A DNA stretch of 64,000 nucleotides from Marsupella aquatica (taxonomy: Eukaryota; Plantae; Marchantiophyta), in the NCBI GenBank assembly GCA_973895155.1, contig OZ316891.1, forward strand, positions 25,977,899 through 26,041,898. Reading direction: 5' to 3'. Shown here piece by piece: positions 1 through 12,951 of this stretch (position 1 is the first letter of the stretch; every line of letters begins with the position of its first letter). The translations under genes and the position numbers were made by a program. A model generated the notes under the pieces. That model was not told the DNA's origin. It worked only from the letters and a program-made list of their open reading frames with translations, and did not search any database.

Positions 1-2894
1 AATGCAAGATTGAAAGTACGCAGCATGATTTATGGAAGGAGGAGAAGAAACACTGCAGCGCAAAGTCCATAGAGAAACCAGGATAAAGCTTGGGCTGGAG
101 TCAATCAATCCAATCAAAGAGACCTGATTGATTAGAGGTAGACTGAGCATAATTAACAAAATTTCAATCAAGGTGAGATCTGAAAAGACACCACACCCTA
201 TAGAGAACGAATGTTGCATTAGGGCTCAACAACCGGAGGGTGAAAAGGACTGAAGGAAATTTGAGGGATGGAAACCTCATGAGAAGACAACACAGTGATC
301 ACCGACGCAGCCGCGAAGCCATGCAAAAGGGGGAGAATCGATGCACAAGCCCAAAATGGCAAAATTTGGACCAGGCTTTTCGAGAAACCATCGACAAAAC
401 TTGATAAGTGCAAAACCCCCATACTTGCAACTCATTATAAAGAGTATTTTTACTTACAAAAGAATCAGATCACTTAAAGCATCTTTTTCAAAGCTTTTAA
501 ATCACTTTAAGATACATGTGTAATCCTTAACATAAACCTAAATCACAAGCTTACACTCTCATTTTACAAATGTGAATACTGTGCCTTTACACAACACATT
601 GAATACATATAACATGGTTATTACACCATTAATATCACTTTCGGACACCATAGGGGGAGGAAAGCACATTGTACCCACAACTATCTCCCACCTCCTAATG
701 TCATTTTGGTTCATTCACCTTCTAGTACCATTTGAACTTATACACCTTCTAATATCATTTGACCTCATATGATCCAAACGGACTCAGATAAGAGACTTTC
801 CATGACTAACAAAGGTAAAGGTAGAGATGATTTGATAATGGGCAAAGCCCCTAATCTCATCTATACATGAGTTAATGAGGGAGTTAATATGGGCAAAGCC
901 CGTAATCTAACCCCGACCTACATTCTCTTGATCAGTGGGCATTCCTATCGAACCTTACCTATAGATGAGTTCCAAATTTCAGAGATATTCCTCACACTCA
1001 CAATTTTAAGAGAAAATAACATGCATTTTATGCAGATCAATGGGAATAAACTTCATTCTCTCTAACTTATCTACTCAAAAACTTAAACCAAACTCATGCA
1101 CTACAATGAAAAGTACCTTTGTACTTGGCCATACTTGGCTATACCAGGAGTTTGCCACTCCATGACACTCTTGTCAAAATAACACAAAACATTGCAGACG
1201 TGCAAGGCAGAAGTGCCCATTTTAAGACAAATCATGCACACCCCTTGGTGATGCCATTTTAAGCAAATTTATACCCACCTACTGGTGATGTACAATACAC
1301 ATCCTTTGGTGATGCACAATACACAAGAGAAAACTTTTTTTTTTCTCATTTATATATTCTCTCACAAGGCACACCCTGTTCTACAAGAGAAAACAACTTT
1401 TCAATATACATGATTTCTCCATGTGCCCACTGCACATGCATCCATAGTTAAATCCCTCAAACTCAACTTGAGAAGGAAATAGTACATACCTCAACCTCAT
1501 GTTGAGGGGGAGATAACATCATTCAAACCATACATATCCAACATAAGATAAAATCTATGTAATATACACAAATCACATAAAAATACCCAATTATATTCTC
1601 CTACAAGGAGTAGAAGTTCTTACTTCTATCACGCACTTGACATTTGATAACACAAACCTATGACCACAAGATGTAGCAACATACTATCATACGGCTTTCA
1701 TCTTTGAGGGGAACAACACAATGTGATTTTTCAGCTACTAACCTAAGCTCCTCATTATGTTGGACATGAACTTGATTTGTTTGTTGCCAGGCTTCATCTA
1801 AGATATTGCAAACTTCTGGAGACAATTGAAATTCCTGTTGCATCTTAATACCTTTGACGACCCTACATACCATGCGATTGACTTACAACACATGATATCT
1901 ACTGATTGATGACTCCACCTACTGCTAATGCATTTTCCTTTATTGCCAAGAGGATCGACGGGCTGTAATCTTTTTCCTTTAGGGTCATATACTTTTTTCT
2001 CTACTACCCTAGTAGAGTTGTTTTTTTTACCTCAATCTAACCCCGCTAAAGGTTTTAACGAGGCAGTTCACCTCTTTGGTCGACGTAACATGCGTATCTA
2101 TAAGCATGATGATAAATTATCATTTTTTTGGTCTAGCTCTAGGACTAGTCTAGATTGTCTTCATAATTCCCATTATGTCACCAAGGGGGAGTGTTATGAG
2201 TCATCTAGCCCCAGACTAGAATAGAGTCACTATACCATGCATGGTTATACCTTAACCATACCTGTACACACACATATATAAAGCAGAACCGTGACTCCTA
2301 ATCGGTACCTGATTCATTCTCGATTCATTCTCTCTTAACACATATGAAATTATGGAAAACAAAATTATAGGTAGAAGGCTATGGGCTGGTGGGTAGAGGA
2401 GAGGGCACAGGGACGGAGGGCAATTGGCTGGAAGGTAGAGGGCTAGCACCATTAAAGAATTGTGGGCTACGGGTTGTCCAAGTAGACCCGTGCTCCCTCC
2501 CCTTTTCAGAGCCTTTTTAATTCCACCGATTTGTACATATTTTTTGGCAGATAAACCTAGGTATTAGCGGTGACTGATTTGATTGTACAGTTGGGCCTTT
2601 TCTCTCCTAGGGCACCCAAATCTTATGGACCAACCACCTAGTCATTTTTGATGACTCTGCATTGAAGACAGGAAATGGCTTTTTTTACTACTCCTAAGCC
2701 AGTAAAATTTTCACGTTCCCAAGTCAGTAAAGTATTCCAAAACAAACACTATTTGACAAGCGGATTAGTATAAGACATCTGAGTAGAAAATAGCTTTTAG
2801 AGTAGTCCATGGCTGGAAGTGTATGGGCAGGAGGGCTGTGGGCACACGTCTATGGCCCAGACGGCCACACTCTTGACAAACACAAAAGGGGTGT

Positions 2895-2916
2895 GGGGGG
2901 GGGGGGGGGGGGGGGG
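2895..2916 (+). repeat. Poly(G) tract, 22 nt
   Basis: Uninterrupted G run. Confidence 0.9.
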
Positions 2917-4819
2917 TGGCTGACATTCCCTCCCTATTCCCATACATTCGTTTTGGTAGATGTCCTGTTGTAGAAGTCAGGGGGGCTTTACAAGACGATG
3001 GGGGCCGTTCACTCTCTCTTCATCCAGAGCAAAGCTATGGCCATTTCATTCCACAAAAGTTAAAATGCCTGAGCCAAAATGTGTCAGGTCTGGAAGTAAT
3101 CAATGCAATTCCCTTAAAACAAGCGGCCGTTTGCTCCAAGTTTTTAGACCACCTCAAGAGGAGGTCTAAGTTTTTGACAAAAAAGCTTGCACACCTCACC
3201 AAAAAAAGGGACCCACAAGGGGCCCACTGACAGATGACTAGGTTCGGTAATGCTTTTTGTTCATTGTGCCCCCAAGTTCATGTAAAGTGAAGTGTGGCCA
3301 GTTCCCACATATGAATGGCTAGGATTGCATCTTTCACTTGGAAAAAATGGAATGGCTGCCCCCAAGTTCTTGTAAAGCCCCCCTCAAAGACATTCCTTTC
3401 TTGCTTCCCTTCCATTCATGCCTGCCTGAATTTCCATTGTTAATAGAGATAATACAAAAACATCCTTGCATCTATCAGGGTTTTGGTATGGACTTCCATT
3501 TCAGTTTTGTGATTATGAATTTGTCTTTATCTAGAAAGATGCCTAGAGGTGTCACTGTAGGAGCCTAGGCCCCAATTCTAACTTCTGTTTTTATAGGTCG
3601 ATGGTGCTCTTGTAAAAGTTGAAGATATGTTGCACTAATTGCCAACACCATTGGGTTGCGTGCACTATGTGACAAAGTAGCCAGAAAAGCTGGACAACGT
3701 GACAAGTATACAAAGGGAAAAAGTCAGTACTTCATGAATGCATATGTTGGTGTAGGGGTTGGTGTCAAGATTGTCAGCCAAAGACACAAAAAATGGAACC
3801 CTTGTGGAATAGCCATTAATTCTAAGTTGTCAGTGTGTATTTTTCCAGAGAAATAACTGAATACATTTGTGACAAAATGAACTATGCTTGCAGTTTGCAG
3901 ACTGTGTTGATAACTCCTGTCCTCATGCCCTCCTGTTTTACTTCTTGGCTGTCAGGTCCCTTCCTCTATGGAGATCAGGTGTGTACATAGCTTGTTTTCC
4001 ACAAGAACCCTAGCTACTCTAGGTCAATTTGATCACACACTAAGTATTAGTAACCAGTGTAGCTTCTTTTTAAATACAGTTTTACATGGAATGCTACCTC
4101 TACAAGCAAACCAAAAATTTAATCCGTGGACCCCATGTTCATCCAAGGAAAGTGTGTTATAAAGTGAAATTAATTTTCTACAAGGCTGTAACCGATGATT
4201 TTGACGCTCAAAAAGATAAAGGAGATCGATCTGGTTGAGATGATCTCTTTGGTTCATCAAACCAAAGGTTGTGTAGGAATTTTTGGACGATTTTTGCTCA
4301 CACATTGGAGAAATAGTTTTTCTACCATTCCTGATTGATTGTTTGTTAGTTACATTGAACATTACTGCCACAAGACAAACCGAAGAACATCACTCAGCTG
4401 TTGGTGAAAGGGTGCGTGTCATTTTGGTGAGAAGAACGCACAAAATGGACAAGCCATCACTTCACATACAGGTTTGTAGCTTTTTTTAATTTAAGAAAGC
4501 TATTGTGTGAGGGGGAGACCAATGATTGTTTCTTTGACACAAAGGTTGCATTTGGCATCAGCCTGGAGGGATGCAAACAATTCAAGTTAGGAAGCAAGCG
4601 TTGCGGACAAGCGATGACAACGTAATCAATGCGGGAATCAATGAAATCAATTAGCAGTCGCTAAGTTTGTGACAATGATGAAATTGTGATGTCTCTTTGT
4701 AGAGAAAGGTTTTCCAATGAGCCTCAGATTGAAATTTTTTGTCAAGTTCAAAATGAGTTTTTGAATATCTTTGTTTTTCGAATGAGTGTGACCCGAGAGT
4801 GTGACAATAAGAAATTTTG

Positions 4820-5205
4820 ATCATGTGTTCATGAATTCTTTTAGCTTTCCAACATTGAGTCCAACATTGACAAATTTCATGTCAAATTTTGTCACGGTAC
4901 TAAAGAGATCATGTGATTTTCAATCTCTCTAGCTTTCTAACGTGTGACATTGGTAGTATTTGTCAAGAATTAGAGAGATCATGAGTATCTAAATTTCTCT
5001 AGCTTTCCAATGAACTTAACATTGATAGATTTTGTAAGTACTAAGGAGATCATGAGTTTCTAATTTTGCTCTAGCTTAGTTTCCAATGAATGTGACATTG
5101 AGAGATTTTATTAAGAAAGTACAAAGAGGTCATGAGTTTCTAAATTTTGATCTTGAGCTTTCTGATGAATCTAACATTGACAGATTTTATCAAGTAGTAA
5201 AGAGA
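4820..5205 (+). repeat. Degenerate minisatellite, ~70-85-bp unit, ~5 copies
   Basis: Recurring gagatcatgag..ctctagcttt.caa..aacattga..gatttt..aagta at ~4820, 4905, 4975, 5046 and 5126. Confidence 0.75.
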
Positions 5206-6356
5206 TTGATTATTTTTACAATGTAGAGCCAAAGGGGTTCTAAGTGTGTACATTTTTATGTATTAGTTTTTTTAAATCTGCAAACAATTATAAAATACAA
5301 ACATTTTGATATAAAACACTGATATATGATTGACAAACATTAAAATGGTAACTTCATTTTACTAAATAACATCTCTTCCTTTCTATTTTGTTTTTTATGT
5401 TCAATATTTATGGGATGACGTTCCAAAAATTACGTTTCTTTTGCCACAAAGAGGAATGTGCCCTTTTGTTACTGCCATAGTTAAGATATTTCCTGTTTGT
5501 GGTTGGTTGTACTGATGTGGTGCAATCTTGTGGCAGGGAATTTGCAAGAGACCTCTCATGGGGGTCCCTAATTAAAAGTGCAAGCCAGGTGAGACAGGGT
5601 GCACAATGAAAGATTCACCTTGGCCCCATGAATTGGAATGGAACCTCTAAAGAGAAACAGAAAACTCAGGGGCACCACTTTCCCTAACTAGGAAGAAAAC
5701 AGTGAGTAGGGACAAAAATTAAAAACAACCTGCATGAAGGAATCAAAATCTCCCTCTACATAGCATAAACCTCCCACCTGTGCTCTACTATGTACACTTT
5801 GCATCCCAGGATGTTCTAGTGGACAATAAATTTGACTTAAAATCCTTGGATATATCCTTGGATCCTTGCTCCTGGTTTAAAAATTTCCATAGTTTGTACC
5901 TATTGTAGCTCTTTTCAGTGGAGTATGTAATTGTCTTCTTTCAATGCATGGAATTTATTAGTTTTTTTCCAATCTTATCCATGCAGCTGTTATAAGATAG
6001 TACCCATAAAAATATAAGAAATACAATGATGGTACCTAGGCAGAAGATGGAGTTCTACAACGCGTCGAACTTCTGTACCTGGCGAGCTCGGATCCTACCG
6101 CAAGATTCAATGACTCACATGCTGCTTCATATGCGTACTGTAACGAGCTCCTCCCCAGCCCCTTTCGGTGATAGAGCTGATCTCTTTCAAAGTTTCACAT
6201 TCACATCTTGTTCCTTGTGCACTGCCACTTCTAGTGGTATATATGCAGCATGAATCGGTCTGAAAGAACATTCTCTACTGAGGTGGCTGATCTATATGAA
6301 AGGCACATTGAGAATTTAGTTTTGATAGCATCCAGACTCAAGGGCATTCTATCGAC

Positions 6357-9017
6357 ATGGACCGGCTTGGTGGGGCCTGGACGAGAATTCGGGTTGCAGC
6401 TGATTTTCCACTCCAGTATTCGTTTGACACATCGGTTCTGCTGGTCGTTGGAATTGTGACTCTAGTCGTTGCTGCAGTAGTAGTGCGCAGCTATGGATCT
6501 CATGGAAAGAAGAAGGGTGCCCATTTGCCACCGGGGCCCCGCAACTGGCCAGTCATTGGAGCGCTGCTGGAAATGGAACCGTTGTTCTACAAAACCCTCG
6601 ATACTTTTTCGGCGAAGTATGGGCCCATTGTGTTCTTCCGCTTGGGTGTTCAGAGCCTGGTTGTAGTGTCTTCCCCCGAGGGTGCGGAGGAGCTTCTCAG
6701 GCACAAAGATACTGAGTTTTGCGACAGGCAAACGGCGATGAATAGATCTTCGGCGAAATACGTAGGGCTAGGGGGGGTAAGCATGCCATCTGCAAACTAT
6801 ACTGCCAACTACAAGCTAAAAAGGAAGCTTGTCATGACGGAGTTCGTCAACGTAGCTAGGCTGAAGTCGTCTGAGAACCTGCGGACTCGGGAAATGGCAG
6901 TGATGGTGGAGAAGGTATTCAGCTTGATACAGATTAACACCAACGACAACGAATTAGGCAATCGAAACTCTCATGATGGCCCGACTCCAAACGTAGATAT
7001 CCAACTAAGTGCAGTTGCTGCTGCCCGGAATATTCTATTTCTTCTCTGCTTTGGCAAGAGCTTCGACAGCTTGCCGCCTACAGACGAGATTAGAGAGTTC
7101 CCTAGCATCTTGCAAGAGGCTGGAGAGCTTATCATGAGCTTCAATCTGGTACGGAAAACAAACACTCTTGACACGGGAAATAAATTATTCTGAGGTTGTG
7201 TTTCTTGCAGGCCGGCCCGTATCACAAAGCGCAGCTCAGATCTTGGAAAACGTCTTGGAGCTTTCCATGAGCTAGCAACGTACAACATATCCAATATGAA
7301 AATGACCTCCAATTTCAAGTATCTGTTTTTCGTGACAGCCGAGCCAATGCATCTTCAGGACTCTCTAGCTAGTGCAAGGGAACCGAATCGCAATCAGAGG
7401 AGCTGTAGATCCCAATGCATTTTGTAAAGTTGGGATGACACTTCGGTGGGTCGTGCGCGCGCAGGTAGACTACTTCCCGTGGCTGACGTGGTTGGATCCG
7501 CAAGGGTTGCTGAAGAGAATGAAAGCTTTTGAGAAACGCCAGAGTGCTTACTACAAGACGATCATCGAAAGGAGCAGGCGAGATCTGAGGAGCGACTTGC
7601 GCGAGTCCTCAACATCGAACGATACCGACAAAGGGAGTTGGATCAGCTTTATGCATGTTCTACTCCAAGCCCAAGGAAAAGGTGCGTCGACCCGTGACGT
7701 AGTTTCCAGGATTCAACCGCCAAGTCTACTGCAAGTTCACTAGTATTAAACGAGCCCTATACTAATGGCAAGTATTGGTTTAACGCGGGCTATCAGGTCA
7801 CCGATCACTTGTCAATCCCTTAATTCTCTCTTTTTCGCTGTCCTTTTGAGTTCCCAATCCATATGGAATTCTATTTCTCTTATTTCTCGTTTTAAGGATC
7901 AATACCGAATTTGAGCAAACCTCAAGATTAACCTCTCCTTTCAAATCGAGTACGAGGCTTTGTCGAAGATGGAGGGAATAGATATTTGCTGATTGTCACT
8001 AAGATCTACGAAAACGTAAGAAAATTGACAAATCTTGCTTGTTCAACGCAGATATGGGAGTTACCGACGATGACAGTGTGATAGCACTAATTAAGGAAAT
8101 GTTAGGCGGCGGCATCGGCACCACTGGAACCGAAGCATCGTGGGCCCTAGTAGAACTGGTACGCCACCCGATGGTGTTACAACGCCTGCAGCAGGAACTG
8201 GATGCTGTTGTGGGTAAAGAACGGTCTCTGGAAGAATGTGACCTGCAATTTATGCCATTCCTCAATTCTGTTATTCTGGAAACGTTGCGCTTGCATGGAA
8301 TTCTTCCACACACGTTTCCTCATGTCAACATGAAGCCCTCCACTTTATGTAAGTAATTACCTCGAGACGAACAATTTATTGAGTCTGAATTTTTTTCATT
8401 CCCTACAATTTACAGGTTCGGAGTTCTCAAATGTGCCAATCCGTCTGCGTCTACATTATACAGACAAAAGAAAATTCTTGGTGTAACTGGAGACTTTCAG
8501 ACTGCGAATACACAACGAGTTTCGAGTTCTGCCGTTCTGGTGTAAGAGCTAAAAGTTGACTGACACTGTCTTGTGGGCACTCTTGTCTGGAATCTAATCA
8601 GGTGGATATGACATTCCTGCAAACACCGCGGTGCTCGTCAATATGTGGAGCTTGGGTAGGGACCCTAAGGTTTGGAAGGATCCACTCCAGTTCAACCCAG
8701 ACAGATTCATGGCAGGTGCCGGATCACCCCTAGGTGTCCCGGACTCGGAAGCAATCCGGGCGAGGGGCAACTGCTACTACCTACTCCCGTTCAGTAGTGG
8801 GAGGAGGATGTGTCCAGGGTATAGCCTGGCTCGTATACTGCTATGGAGAATTGTAGGGACCCTTGTCCATGCGTTTGATTGGTCCCCACCGCAAGGATGT
8901 TCACGGGAAGATATGAAAATAGAAGAATCGGGGACTTTCCTTCTGAACCCCGCCTCTTCCCTGATTGTACCCAGTCCTCGCTTATCACCTCATGTGTATA
9001 AGAGTAACATCATTTGA
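6357..9017 (+). CDS. Cytochrome P450 (CYP71-clan/A-type-like), tandem copy A, ~573 aa
   Basis: Exons 6357-7148, 7465-7681, 8052-8348, 8602-9017 with GT-AG introns and consistent phase. Motifs: N-terminal TM anchor, LPPGPRNWPVIG hinge, I-helix GGIGTT, ETLR (ExxR), FNPDRF, heme motif PFSSGRRMCPG. Confidence 0.93.
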
Positions 9018-10309
9018 GTAGAAACTTGCTGAAGGTAGTTTCCTGGTCTCAATGTGATCCCCAAGAAAATCAAAATTTTACTCTTGGACAACAAAAAGCC
9101 AAAAGTCATGCCAAGGTACTTCCCATACACCAGAAACGCCAGAGTACCCAATGGCAGGCTACTGTAGAAAGTAGGCTAAAAAAGGAAGTCTCTAGTACTT
9201 GAGTACCGTAGCTACTGCAGGCTAGAAAGTTTACTAGAAAGTACTCCATGTACTCGATTACGAATCGCATGCTAGGAAGTACTCTATATACTGGCACATA
9301 GTACAGCCAGCAGACACATTTTAGTCAATCCAATAGTGTCAGAAACACACTGTTTAGTCTTGTTCCTTTCAAGTAAGTAAATAAACCATGTGAAAGAAGC
9401 TCTGCTCAAAGCTCAGATTTGTTTTTAAAAGAATTCCACCAAAGTTTTGTTTTGGTTGGATCCAGGTTCATTGCAGAAGTAGATTTAAACTATCTATACC
9501 CATCTAAATTAAATTCGCTTTCAGTTTTAGAATATGATGGCCTTCCTGCTAGTGTATCCATAAGTATACATATTGGCAATCAAAAGCTCAGTCTCTCGGG
9601 GTCTACTGACTGCACTGGCTCTAGACCGATTCTGGGCGGGGCATAATTGAAAAACTAGGATGCAAGCACAAACAGGGATTGGGGAAGTCGTTGGTGCAAG
9701 TAAGGAATCTTTTTTTTTTGGTCTCATCTCTAAATATGTCCAAAGAAAGGCAGTCACGCTAGCGTAAAGAATGGGAGGTCAGACTAGTGTCATTTATCAC
9801 GCATCAGCAAGATCTTTTGGTGGATTTACTTGGCATTTTCTTGGATATCTAATCTAGTTTTGGAATGTCCTTAATTAATTTGTAACTAGGTCTTTTCAGT
9901 GGAGTATGTAATTTTTTTTCTGTCAAGAGCAAGGACCTTTTTCGTTTTTTACGAATCTTATCCATGCAGCTTTTATATAGTACCTGGGCAGAAGATCGAA
10001 TTCTACGGCCACACATTGAACTACTGTTCCTAGCGAGCTAGTATCCTACGGCAAGATTTGACTCAGATGCTGCTTGTACTCCAACGAGCTCCTCCCCAGC
10101 TCTCCTCCCAGCTCGTGCGGTGATCGAGTTGATCTCTTTCGAATTCTCAAATTCACGTTTCCTTCTGCATTGCCACTTTCTAGAAGTATACATATCGCAC
10201 GAATCGATGTTGAAGAAAGTCAAAGACATCCTCTACCCAGGTGACTGATCTATATTAGGACACATTGAGAATTTAGTTTTGGTAGCATCCAGAAGGACAT
10301 TCAATTGAC

Positions 10310-12951
10310 ATGGATCGCCATGCTGGGGCCTGGACGAGAATTCGGGAGGCAGCTGTAGATTTTTCACAACAGTATTCGTCGGACACATCGGGTCTACTGG
10401 TCGTTGGAGTTGTGACTCTAGTCGTTGCTGCATTAGTAGTGCGCAGCTATGGATCTCATGGAAAGAAGAAGGGTGCCAATTTGCCACCGGGGCCTCGCAA
10501 CTGGCCAGTCATTGGAGCGCTGCTGGAATTGGGACCGCTGTTCTACAAGACCCTCGACAGTTTTTCGGCGAAGTATGGGCCCATCGTGTTCTTCCGCTTG
10601 GGTGTTCAGAACCTGGTTGTGGTGTCCTCCCCCGAGGCTGCGGAGGAGCTTCTCAGGCAGAGAGATACAGAATTTTGCGACAGGCAAACCGCGATGAATA
10701 GATCTTCGGCGAAATACGTAGGGCTAGGGGGACTATCCTTGTCATCTGCAAACTATACTGATGACTACAGGCTTAAAAGGAAGCTTGCCATGGCGGAGTT
10801 CTTCACCGCAGCTAGGCTGAAGTCTTCTGAGGATCTGCGGACTCGGGAAACGGCAGGGATGGTGGAGAACATATTCAGCTCGATCCAGAGTAATACCAAC
10901 GACAACGCGTTTGACAATCGTAGCTTCGGGCGGAACTCTCATGATGGCCCGACTCCAAACGTAGATATCCGGTCGTGTGCATTTGCTGCTGCCCGGAATG
11001 TTCTCTTTGTTCTGTGCGTCGGCAAGAGGTTCGATAGCTTGCCGCCCACAGATGAGATAAGAGAGTTCCCTAGCATCTTGCAAGAGTCTGCAGAACTCAT
11101 CTTGTACTTCAATGTGGTACGGAAAACATCGGAAAACATCCACTCTTAACACGTGAAATACAATTATATCTCTAGATTGTGTTTCTTGTAGGCCTGCCTC
11201 TATCACAGAGCGAAGCTCATCTTAGACAACGTCTTAGAGCTTTCCATGAGCTAGCAACAATATATATTCAGTGCGAGAGTCATCTCCAATTTCGAGTATC
11301 TGTTTCTGGTCATAGCCTAGCTGAGTCTAGCCATAAATCTTCAGGGCTCTATAGCAAGTGCAAGGGAACCTAATCGCACTCATAAGAGCTTAACATACAT
11401 CTCAACACATTTTGGTGGGTCATGCGCAGGTAGACTACTTCCCGTGGCTGACGTGGTTGGATCCGCAAGGGGTGGTTAGGAGAATGAAAGCTTTTGAGAA
11501 ACGCCAGAGAGCTTACTACAAGTCACTTGTCGAAAGAAGCAGGCGAGAACTGAGGAGCAAGTTGCGCAAGTCCTCGACATCGAACGATATCGACGAAGGG
11601 AGCTCTAACAGCTTCCTGCATGCTCTCCTCCAAGCGCAAGGAAAAGGTGTGATTCCTGACGAAATTTTCAGAACTCAACCGCCAAGCTAGTCTTCAAGTT
11701 CACTTATACTAGAGCGTTATAATGGCAAGCATTGGCTTTGACACGGGGCATCAGGTCAGCGATAGCTACTCAATCCTTCCTCTCTTTGTCTCCTCTCTCT
11801 CCTAGCTTTTGAGTGACGATCAATATATGGAATTCTCTTTCCCTTTAATCCATTTTTGAGGAGCAATACGGAGTCAATCATGAGGAAACCTGGAGATCAA
11901 CTTCTGTTGGTGAAAAATTCCTTTCATTTCGAGGACGAAGCTGGTGGTGTCTTTGTTGTCGAAGATGAAGGAATTCAGAGTCCACTCATCGGAATGTAAC
12001 TATGATATAGGCAAATGTAAGAAAAATGACAATTCGTGCTTCTTTCAACTCAGGTACCAAAATTACCGATGTTTGTGTGGGAGTAGAAGTGAAGGAAATG
12101 TTGAGCGGCGGCATCACCACCACTGGAACCGAAGTATCGTGGGCTCTTGTAGAACTGGTACGCCACCCGAAGGTGTTACAACGCCTGCAGCAGGAACTGG
12201 ATGCTGTGGTTGGTAAAGGACGGCCTCTGGAAGAAGCTGACCTGCAATCTACGCCATTCCTGAATGCTGTTATTCTAGAAACGTTGCGCTTGCATGGAGT
12301 TCTTGCACACACGTTTGCTCATGTCAACATGAAGCCCTCCACTTTATGTGAGTAATTACCTCGAGACGAACTAATTATTGAGCTGAGTTTTTTCCATCCT
12401 CCAACAATTTACACAACAAATGGTTTCACGCTCGGAGTTCTTAAACGCCTCGGGGTTTGAGACACTTGAGTTTGAAGAGCTAAAAATTCACTGACAGTGT
12501 CTTGTGGGCACCCTTGCTTGGAATCGAACCAGGTGGTTATGACATTCCTGCAAACACTGCGGTACTCGTAAATATGTGGAGTATGGGTCGTGACCCTAAG
12601 ATTTGGAAGGATCCCCTCCAGTTCAACCCGGATAGATTCATCACAGGAGCAGGATCATCTTCACCCCCAACTGCCTCGGACTCGATAACAATCCGGGCGG
12701 GTGGCAATTGCTACTTTCTACTCCCATTCAGCAGTGGCAGAAGGATGTGTCCAGGGTATAGCCTGGCTCGGATACTATTATGGAGAATGGTAGGGACCCT
12801 TGTCCACGCGTTTGATTGGTCCCCACCTCGCGGACGTTCACCGGAAGATATGATAGAAGCATCGGGGGCTTTCCTTCTATGGCCCGCCTCGTCCCTCCTC
12901 GTTCCCACACCTCGCTTATTACCTCATGTGTATAAGAGTAACATCAGTTGA
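10310..12951 (+). CDS. Cytochrome P450 (CYP71-clan/A-type-like), tandem copy B, ~578 aa
   Basis: Exons 10310-11116, 11430-11646, 12054-12347, 12533-12951, with the same intron positions and phases as copy A. I-helix GGITTT, ETLR, FNPDRF, PFSSGRRMCPG. Confidence 0.93.

Noticed and set aside
960-1606. Possible solo LTR (minus strand begins TGTAGGAGAATA; TTGAGGGGGAG nearby)
   Set aside because: No second LTR, PBS, TSD or coding remnant could be identified.
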